From IMG/VR virus record IMGVR_UViG_3300021364_000086, positions 1 through 33,827 of that record: a DNA stretch of 33,827 bases, one strand, 5' to 3'. The stretch is from a virus (lineage: Duplodnaviria > Caudoviricetes). The notes under the pieces were generated by a model. That model saw nothing but the letters and a program-made list of their open reading frames with translations. It had not been told where the DNA came from and made no database searches. Numbering within the stretch: the first letter of the stretch is position 1; every line of letters begins with the position of its first letter. The position numbers and the translations under genes were made by a program. This document shows, piece after piece, positions 9,104-19,300 of the stretch.

Positions 9104-9675
9104 AGTGTAAAACTCTTTGTTCCATAATGTGCTACATTCTTACTTAATGTAGCGTCTACAAAAATGTCAAATCCTGCATCATTTGCATTTTTGCAAAAGT
9201 ATATATCTTCACCCATTAACGATTGTGTTGCTTTGTAATCAACATATTGATAATATGGTTGTTCTAAATATTTGTATACTTTAGTATTGACTAACATACA
9301 ACCCATTCCTACAGCCCACACTTTGTGTAAACCTTTTGTGGCATCTAATCTTTTACTAAAGTCATTAGGATCTACAAATGCTACACTTTGGTGTGGAGGC
9401 ATACGTGTGCTATATGTTGCTGCTACTATTTCTTTATTGTGTTCTAATAATTTTATTGCTGTGCTTTCAGGAACATGCATATCGCTGTCAAGCCATAATA
9501 TGTGTGTAGCATTTTTTTCTAGTGCTTCTTTTACTAATTGATTGCGTTGCTGAGGAATAATAGTTCCTAAGTTAATCAAAATTTCACAATCAATTGTTTT
9601 AGATAATTTAGCCAGAGAAAGAGCAAATCCTGCATGGACAAGATCTCTTGCCGGCACACATATAGCAAGTTTCAT
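9100..9675 (-). CDS. GT2-like glycosyltransferase
   Basis: 191 aa; N-terminal KLAICVP strand, QRN.LV..AL, HILWLDSDM (DxD), VGMGCMLV and GEDIYFC motifs; ATGA overlap with the downstream gene. Confidence 0.8.
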   Translation of the reverse strand: MKLAICVPARDLVHAGFALSLAKLSKTIDCEILINLGTIIPQQRNQLVKEALEKNATHILWLDSDMHVPESTAIKLLEHNKEIVAATYSTRMPPHQSVAFVDPNDFSKRLDATKGLHKVWAVGMGCMLVNTKVYKYLEQPYYQYVDYKATQSLMGEDIYFCKNANDAGFDIFVDATLSKNVAHYGTKSFTL

Positions 9676-10055
9676 TAGGTAATTGTTTCAGAAATTGTAT
9701 CAGTGTTTAAATTTGCTTCTGCTGCTACTGTTTGGTCATTGAGTGCTCTTGCTTTTCCAACCGCTACTGTGACTGCTTGTGTAAAATCTTCTTCTGATAA
9801 TGCTGCCATTTCTACCATGTTTTCTGGTTGCACTTTTCCTAAAGCAAGTAAGTCTGCTGCTGCTTTGTGTGCAATAACATTAATCCAATGATGTCTATCG
9901 TCATCCTCTGGAATATCCATACCTTCAATTGCTGTTTTCACCGCAATTTCAACTTGTGCATCACCAATAACCATTGAGTCTAGTTTTGCTAATTTACGTG
10001 CTTTGGTGTATTCTTGTGCTAAGTCAATATTAATAACTTCGTAAAAACTTTTCAT
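9675..10055 (-). CDS. Hypothetical alpha-helical protein
   Basis: 126 aa, SD AGGAG upstream, TAATG coupling to the GT2 gene; no function recognisable. Confidence 0.75.
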   Translation of the reverse strand: MKSFYEVINIDLAQEYTKARKLAKLDSMVIGDAQVEIAVKTAIEGMDIPEDDDRHHWINVIAHKAAADLLALGKVQPENMVEMAALSEEDFTQAVTVAVGKARALNDQTVAAEANLNTDTISETIT

Positions 10056-10064
10056 AATATGCTC

Positions 10065-10229
10065 CTATGTTCCTAGGCCGCCAAATGCTGCGCTCAAACT
10101 AATCGAACCAGAGGAAATACCAATGTAAGCACCTAAAGTACCACGCAAGTTGATAGGTGTGGCGGTGCCACCAAAGTAATTTCTTACTTGGGACATTGTA
10201 ATTGTATTTCCTGTGTCTGGTAACGCCAT
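10065..10229 (-). CDS. 54-aa small protein, possible tail-fibre tip attachment peptide (missing from the ORF track)
   Basis: Manual translation MALPDTGNTITMSQVRNYFGGTATPINLRGTLGAYIGISSGSISLSAAFGGLGT*. It fills the gap exactly, has TAGGA upstream, and its TAG stop overlaps the SD of the next gene. The MALP..G..I.MS.V....G...ISLS..F.G pattern resembles small proteins I associate with S74-type fibres. Confidence 0.75.
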   Translation of the reverse strand: MALPDTGNTITMSQVRNYFGGTATPINLRGTLGAYIGISSGSISLSAAFGGLGT

Positions 10230-10238
10230 TTAGATTCC

Positions 10239-10277
10239 TATTTATATAATAATAACATACTATTTAATATGTGTCAA
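10239..10277 (-). promoter_or_regulatory. Composite promoter: sigma70-type plus late TAAATA elements
   Basis: On the minus strand: TTGACA (10277-10272), 17 nt, TATTAT (10254-10249) with extended TG; TAAATA at 10266-10261; exact TATAAATA at 10246-10239. Confidence 0.65.
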
Positions 10278-10279
10278 CA

Positions 10280-10306
10280 GTGTAGCCGGAAAATTCCGGC
10301 TTACAC
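10280..10306 (-). terminator. Stem-loop immediately after the giant fibre gene
   Basis: Minus strand GTGTAAGCCGGAA-TT-TTCCGGCTACAC inverted repeat directly after the TAG stop. There is no clear U-tract, so it may be a weak terminator or a 3'-stabilising hairpin. Confidence 0.5.
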
Positions 10307-13300
10307 CTATTTATCTAGCAATTTTTTCACCATTTCTTTAAGCTCTGCAATCTCGGCTGCTTGTGCTTCAATTTTTGCATCTTGTTCTTTGATTGCTTCA
10401 ATAAACAACGGAGCAAGTTTTTCGTACTTAACTGTGATATAGTCTTCACCTGATTTACTCTTATACTCTCTTGCTTCGCTATCCCATTCTTGGTCAAAAG
10501 GTGCTTTAGCAATTGCTTGTGGCAACACTGCTTCAACTTCCTGTGCAATAACACCAGCATCATTGATTTGGTTTGTAGGATGGAAACCTAAATCATTGAC
10601 TTCTGATTTCCAATCAAAATTTACACCGTTTAATGATTTAACTTTATCCAATGCATTTTCAATCGGAACAATGTTTTCTTTGAGTCGTCTATCAGATGAA
10701 TAAGCTGTGACTTCGCCTACTGCATTAACATTACGTCCCATTGTTGCGTCATTGTTTGTCAAGTTCCAGTAAGCAGGCCATTGACTGTTTACCTGTGCCC
10801 AACTAGTTGCATCGTCTGGACCACGTAGAATATAGAACAAGTCGCTGTTGGTATGTAGCATGGCAACATTGTGATCAGTATCACGTAAATATAATGTCGG
10901 TGATGTATTTCTGATATAAATGTTTTGACTTGCTGTAGCAGTGCTTCGTATAAAGCCTGTGCTGTCAATACCGTCGAGTGTATCAGCATTATCAGCTGTG
11001 ACACCAGTAATACCACTACCGTCACCTGTAAATGCATTGGCTGTGATATTGCCTGTGATGTTAATACTACCTGCGCCGCTGATTGTTCCAGAGAAGCTGT
11101 CGTTTGCATCACTGCGTAAGAAACTACCGCTATCTATTCCGTCCAACGTATCTGCATCTAGTCCACTTGCAGCCCCATCGTTGCCTGCATGCCAAACTGT
11201 GTAATTTGTTCCGCCAACATTGTAAATTAGACCATTTACACCACTGTTGACATCAAGATATTCATCAGTTCGGTCATTGTAGATACGCATTGCTCCGCCA
11301 TTAACATACTGAATATAACCTCTGCGAGTTCCTGCTTGATAGAAACTAATGTATGGACTTTGTGTCGAACCTTGTGTTTGCAAACGTAGTTGCTCACTGC
11401 TATTGCGATTTATTGTAAGCAATCCTGTTGTAGTATCGTTTTCATCACTGCGTAAGAAACTTGCGCTATCAATGCTGTCTAGGGTAGCAGCATCAACACT
11501 AGTTAATCCACTACCATTACCTGTAAATGTACTTGTACCAATATTGATATTTCCGAAGTTGCTGCTAATGCTACCTGCGTCAAGTGCACCAGTTCCAGTT
11601 AGGTTGCTGTATGTTCCGTCGATACGTGCATTTGGAACAGTTCCATCGCCTAAGTTGCTTGCATTTAGGCTTGTAAGTCCGCTACCATTGCCGTTGATAG
11701 TACCGTTGACATATACATCTTTTGCAATACCAACACCGCCATCTACAATTAGAGCACCGTTTGTTGATGCTGTAGATTGTGTTGTATTATCAATATTAAC
11801 AACTGTTGAGCTGTTAAAGTTAATGCTTACACCATTGTCTGCACCAATTGTATCCAATGCAATGCTACCAACATTAGTAATGTTATTATCGTTAAAGCTG
11901 GTTGCACCTAAACTTACACTACCTGTTGCTGTAAGATTATCAGCACCAATATTAATTGAACCAAATCCGCTAGTGATACTACCAGCATCAAGTGCGCCTG
12001 TGCCTGTAATATCTAATTGGTGTTGTACAACACTGCTTGAACTAATTCTAGCATCAGGAACAGTACCGCTTGTAAGTTGATCAGCATTTAGTGCTGTTAG
12101 GTTAGTACCTACACCACTAAACCCAGTTGTACCACTAAATGATAATGTAGTAGTGTTTACACTTAGATTTACACCTGGAACACTCAAACTGTTGTTTGAT
12201 GCATTACCAATTTGCATAAAGTTGCTTGTTGTGTTTGCAGCAGTTTCAATACCTTTACCAATAAGAATGTTGTTGCTACCGGATGTAAGTGTTCTACCTG
12301 AACTTGCACCAAGCACTGTGTTATCACTACCTGTCACAATCTCAAGAGCTTGATAACCTACAGCAGTGTTATCATCACCAGCTGTGCTGTTTGCCATTGT
12401 GTCTGCACCAACACTGGTGTTGTTATTACCTGCATTAGTTCTTTGTTCTTGACTGTCTGAACCAATAGCAGTGTTATTGTTAGCACTTGTAAGTGCGCTC
12501 AGTGCCACATAACCTACAGCAGTGTTTTTATCACCGCTTAGAGCACCATGTATACTGCCGCTACCAATACCAGTGTTAAACTGAGCACCGGTAGTAATAC
12601 TATCACCATCTCCAAAGATCAAGTTAGTTGATTCGGCTAATGCACCTTGACCAATTCTAAATCCATTTACAGTAATATCACTGGTAAATGTTTTACCTGC
12701 TTGGCTAGTTGGCAATCTTGCATCATTTACAGTTCCAGTTGCAAGGTTGCTTGCATTTATGTTAGTAATGCCACTACCGTCACCTGTGTATACTCCACCG
12801 ACGTGTAAGTTTTTGGCAATACCAACACCGCCATCTACTATCATAGCACCAGTTGTTGTACTAGTTGCTTGTGTAGTATTGTCAACGTTTACTTGTGTAG
12901 AACTTGCAAAGTTCATGCTAGTTCCATTATCTCCACTGATAGTATCTAGTGCAATACTTCCAACATTTGTAATGTTATTGTCGCCAAAACTTGTAGCACC
13001 TAGTGTAATAGTCCCTGTTGCTGTAAGATTACTTGATCCAATGTTGATATTACCAAAGTTGCTGGTAATGCTACCGCCATCTAGTGCGCCAACATTTTGC
13101 AAACTACTGTTTATAACATTAGCACCAAGTGTGTTTGCATCCAAAACACTTGCGTTGTTGATGCGATATTCTTTGCCACTTATAATGTTTACATGTTCAC
13201 TAAAGTCCCAACTATCGTTTGCATTTGACCATGTAATTGTATGATCAGTTGTGCCTTTTAATGTAATACCACCACCATCTGCTGTAGTATCAGTTGGAGT

Positions 13301-16300
13301 AGCAACAGTTCCTAATTCAATGTTTTTATCATCAATTTGAAGTGTAGTTGAATTAAGCGTAGTGGTTGTTCCGTTAACAGTTAAATCGCCTGTAATTGTT
13401 AAATCACCTGCAATACCTGTATTACCAGTAGCATATGCAATAGTGAATTTAGTAAGTCCATCTCCAAAACCTAGATCTCCAGTTGCACCAATTTGCATAC
13501 GCTGTGTACCGGCTGTTAAGAAATCAAGCTCATCATTATCAGCACCAGCACTAGTCTCCGGTCTAATGAGTGTATCTTGATCAACGTCTTTAACACCACC
13601 TAGTGAACCCCAGTTTGAACCATCGTAGCCTTCAAAAGTACTATCGCTTGTGTTATAACGAATTTGACCTTGAGCAGCAGCTACATATATTCCTGATTCG
13701 CCTGGACGTTGCGCACTTGTACCAACAGGAACTTTAATACCTGTTGTATCAGTGAATTTAGTGTATCCAGTAAATGTAGTGACACCTTCAGTATCAATGC
13801 GCATACGTTCTGTGATTGTTTGTAATCCTTCGCCTGTGGTTCCTTCTTCTCCTGTTTCTACAATAAAGTCACCACCAGTAGCATTACCAGTACCAATACC
13901 AGGACGCAATGTAAGTGATCCACCACCCACGTCTGTTCCAATACCACCTTCACCTTTTATCAATGCTGGCAAAGGACTTGTTCCAAATTCGCCACCACCA
14001 ATTACAACGTTTTGGTTTTTAATTACAATAGTATTTTCTTTTGATATTGTTCCAATCTGTGTCACAGCTGGATCAGCGTTTACGTTGTTGTTTGTTCTGA
14101 TTGTGAACGAAGTAGCATTTTCAGTTGCACCAATTACTGGCCATTGTCCGTCAAGATTTGTGACGCCACTACTTGCAACAATCACAGTATCACCTACTCT
14201 TATACCCAATGTTAACGGTGTGTTTGTAAATGTAATGGTTGTGCCTGTTAAAACACTACCTGTTAAATCTTCACTTAAAAATACTTCTTCTTCGGTAATA
14301 CCAGTGACAGTTGTGTTAGCTGGAATACTACCACTACCAGCCACAGTCATGCCAAATGCAATTTGTGAAGTATCACTAAACAACAATACCTTTTCACCAT
14401 TTGCACTTGCAGCAGATGTTGATACATTTACTTCTGATAAATTAACTACTACATCCTGCGTGTTAGTTGCTTCATATGTATCAACACTTGTGCTAATATT
14501 TCTGCTATCACTGTTTTTACCTATTTTTACATTTTCAGCATCGCCACCAATTTCAAGTGTTGTGACGTTATCGTTATAAACTTGACCTGTAGCTGTACTA
14601 CTTGAACTTAATCTAGCCGAACCAACGTCCAAACCTTCTGCAAGATCAAGTGCTGTACCCCATTCTGGTGTGACACCATTTGATTTTAGGAATGTATTCT
14701 GTCTACCAATATTAAGTGTATTCAAACTTGCAGCTGATTGTGCGTAAATAATATCACCAATTGCATAAGTTGAAATATTAGTACCACCTCTGTTTACAGG
14801 AACCGGGCTAGTTAAGTTAGCAGGGTTTAGGAAGTATGCACTATCAAGTCCGTCCAGCGTACCCGCATCTACAATACCATCTTTGATGAAAACTTCACCA
14901 CTACCGTTTGAATTAACGTCAAACTGCGTCTGTAAGAATCTACTTGTTCCAAGTGTTGAGAAGTTTCCAAGTGGATCGTAATCTGCATTAGAAATACCAA
15001 TATTTACTGGATCACCGTAGAATTCAGCATTTGAACTCGATCCTGTAAGTGTAATTGGGTTATCTGTTGTGTTTGCTTTTTTAATACTTTGAACAACAGT
15101 GTCATATCTGCTATCACCAAATAAAACTGTATCGCTGTTTGGTACACCACTAGCACCAAGTCTACTTGGAGAAATTGTGCCTGAAATAATGTTTTCAGCG
15201 TCAATGTTGGTAGCAGCAAGTGTATTCCAGTTATTTTTAATTCTACTAGAAGTGTTAACCACTGTGCTTACTCTAACATTGCTTGGCGTAACTCTTGCTG
15301 CACCTACACCTTTTGTACCAATGTCTTTTCTGTTTGTCACAAGTCCATTAATACTGCTTAGAGCATCTGAACGCAGTGTGTGTAATGTAAATGAGTTTGT
15401 TGTGACTGAGCCTACAAAGAATCTAGCACCATCTACAATTTCTTTACCGTCGATGTTAGGAAGTGCATTAGTGGTTGATCCATCTGTAAGAGTGTTGATT
15501 CTAATTGCATCACCTGTAGTCAAACCGTGATTTTGAACAATCACACTGTCATCTGTTAAGTTGATTACATGTCTTGTAAAGTTATGATTGTTGTTTAATG
15601 GTGTTGTTAAGAATTCAATTTGATTTAACAAACTGTAATCTTCGTATACTTCAATAGTATCGTCATCGATTTTCTTAGCATAATACACCTGACCATTCAA
15701 AAGTCCACCGATAGCAACATTACCCAATGTATCGTATGTCAGTGGATCACCGTCAAGTAATCTGTGATCTGTGACAGTAATTCTATCTGTTGAATAGTCA
15801 ACACTACCTCCAGAACCTGTTGTACCTGCTAAAAAGTTTAAACTTACTGTATTGTCTAATCCAATATCAAATGCTGTATTTACAGCATCAACATCTTCAA
15901 CAAAGTCAATACTCGATGTCGAAGCAACAAATAATTCACCACCTAAGATATTAACATAAGCACGTTTTTCAATAGCAGAAACTTCGATTTCGAAGCTGCT
16001 ACCTGTGCCACCTATATCACTGGCATTTGCACTTAGTGTATCACCAACTGCATATCCTGTTCCACCTCTGCGAAGGTCAACATCACTTACTGCACCTGCG
16101 GTGACTGTGATATCTGCTCTTGCGCCTGTACCAGAACCACTTACTGTTGTTAATGCAACATCTTCATAAATTTTATTACCAGAAGTTGGTGTATATCCAC
16201 TACCTCCGGTAATATCTCCGTTGTCTACATTTACAGCAACACCAAATCTTGTTTCGGTGACTGCACCTTGCGCACCACCGTCAGCACTTGTCACAATACT

Positions 16301-19300
16301 GAAAACATTGCCTGTTCTACTTATAGTTGATACATCAATACCTATATTTGCAATTGTAAAACTTGTGCTTGTTGGAATACTTATAACTTCACCATTAACA
16401 TTGAAAGTTTCATCTTCGGTACATTCTACTCTAACTTGGTTTCCAACATTTAATCCGTGTGCAGAAGATGTCACAATAGTTTGTACATTGCTGCTTCTTG
16501 ATACACTGCTCAACTCTACAATAGTGAAGTTATAATCTTCACTAGGATCAAGATTCAAATACTGACTAGTATTGGAACTTTTTAGGAAGAAGTTGTCAAT
16601 AATAGCACTAGATGCACCTTTACTTGTTGGGTAAACTCCTGAATCAACACCGTCAACAAACAAGTTTAAGTTGTTCGTTGTATCCCATGGATCACCAACA
16701 CTATCGTCTGTTTCGTCCCATGCGCCGTCAAGTGTGGCAACAAGAATGTTTGTACTGGTGCTGAAAGTACCTTTTGCATAACCAGTGGCGCCAGTGACAC
16801 CAGGCTGCGTAATAACTGCACCGTCTGCTGCGGTAATTGTACCACTTAAATTTAATTCTACTTGCTCGTAGTTTTCTGTAGCAATGTCACCCGCAGACAA
16901 GTCAGCAGCAGGAATATCATCAACTTGTAAAAGTCTTGACAAATATCCGTTTGTGTTTGTGTTTGTAAATTGACGTGTAGCTGGAATAAGTTCGCCGTTT
17001 AACTGACCGTTTGTGTTCAACTGAACAATAGCACCTGGAACAGCCGCAGTACTCACAGTTTTGTCAACAAAGCCACCTAGTCTGTTTGAAATAAAACTTC
17101 TAACTGCTAACTGTGTTGAAAGTCTGGCATTACTTGGACCGCCAATTTCGTCATCACCTAAGTTTACATCAGTTGAAATTTCTTCAATAGCAACGTTTGA
17201 CAAGCTCAGTCTCAAAGCATCAAGTTCGTCCACCTGAACTTTGTTTCTAAATGTAATATTACCTGTTCTGTTGAATGCTGTAATAAAGTCACCAACTTTA
17301 AAGTCACCTAGTTCGTTTGTACCTGATGAGTACACACGTCCTGGAAGTTCTTCATACTGTTCAAATTCAGATCTTGTATTACCACCGTTTTGTGGTAGAG
17401 CGTTATAGTCAGTACCAGAACCTGCATATTCCCATGTGTGTGCAGATGAGTTAACAATACTCGGTCGGTGGAACCATACTTGTTTCTCAGGTAAATTTGC
17501 AGTATTACTCACACTACTACTACCATCTGTAGCAGTAATACTAAATGTTGCTGTACCTAGTCCTGTTTTTGTAGAAACTTCGTTAATTGCAATTGTTGAG
17601 TTTGGACTTGCAGAATGGTCTTGTGTAATTGTACTAGTTGCATCAAATTGGATTCTCAAAACACTAGAACCAACAGCTACTTCTTCAATACTAACAATAA
17701 GTCTACGTTCGTTTGGTTCCCAACTATGAACAAATGCACTGTTGTTATTTGCACCTGTTGTACCTTGAATAGATCTACCTGGTACAAAATGATAACTTTC
17801 AGCACCAGATTCGAGAATCAATGTTTGATAGGTTTGGTGTGAACTTAAAATTTCTTCTACATAGAATTCAATGATGTCTGTTCTAAAAATATGTGTTCCG
17901 CTATTTGAAACATTTTGGAACAATGCAACAGGAAATTCTAAACTGTCGTCAAATGTCAAACTAAATGTGTTTTCATCTAATACGTTAGCATAGTATGTTT
18001 GTTCATCGTTTAATCCACCGATAGACGCATTTCCATTGTTATCGTAAATTAATTTTTCACCGTTTGAAAACCCGTGTCCGGTCACAGTAAATACACCAGT
18101 TGTTAGATCAACATCTGCTGCTGCATCTATATTTGTAGTAGTCGGTGTTGGAATATAACTATTTGTTATGTCGCCTTCACTTGTAGATTCTGCAGGTGCA
18201 GGAATCTCTTCTGGAGATCTAATTGCTTCACTTACAATGTTAAATCTACCTTGGACAAAATCTTCAATATCTGTTGTAATACCAGGTTTGCCTGTAATTT
18301 CTGCATTTGTCAATGTTGCAGCTTGCTGGATTGCTGCAATAGTTTGTAGTTCTTGCCCACTAATACTGCTTCTAGTTGAGTCAGCAAGGTTGGCTGTAAA
18401 ATAACTTAAACCAGCACTACGTGAATATCTATTACCAGTATCCCAAGTATCTTTAGCTACAGCTTCAAGAATTAGTTTTGTATCTCGTAAACATTTAGAT
18501 TGATCGTACTCGAAGTTATACCATTTTGCTGCATCAATACTTTCGTTAATATAACGTGTGACTCTTTGCGCAATGTTATCTTGACCACGTGCATTTAATC
18601 TAATAAAGTCATCTTTTAGTGCTTGAGATACACCGAGAGCATCTAAGTCAGGTTCAATTAAGTTAATGTCAATTGTACCATCTTTGTCTAAATAACTTAC
18701 AATTTCACCAACTCTTGCTTCAACAAAATCTTCTTCTGTGACAGTTGCTGGTGTTCCGCTTGTATCTTGTGATAATACGTTTCCTGTTGAAACTGCTACC
18801 GGTGTTTCTGTGACAACTTGTCCTACGACAGTTTTTAATCTATTGTATGCTGCAATAGTCTCGTCTTTTTGTCCGTTTGCAAGTTGTGATTGTGTACCAA
18901 CAAAATATTGTATTGCTGCATCTATAGTTTGTAAGTTGCCGCCTGTTGATATATCGTAAACAAGTGCATCAATAATTAACCCAATATCATTTTCACATTT
19001 TGCTTGATTGTAGGCAAACGAAGGTGAGAATGGATTGGTTGCTGCTGCAACTTGACTTGCAATCCATGCAGTGATTTCTTTTTTGATAAATTCTTTGTTT
19101 GCAATAAGTTGATTTCTTGCATTAAGTGCATTTGTGTCAATAGCAGTTGGTAAAATTCTTGCATCAACCAAATCATCGCCAGCAACACTTGCACTACTAC
19201 CTGCTTCTAATACTTCTACAATTTCGTCCCATAGTGCATCAGATCTAGATTCAAATGTTGAATCTTGTATAATTTGTGCTGTAAATGTTTTGGCATTTTG

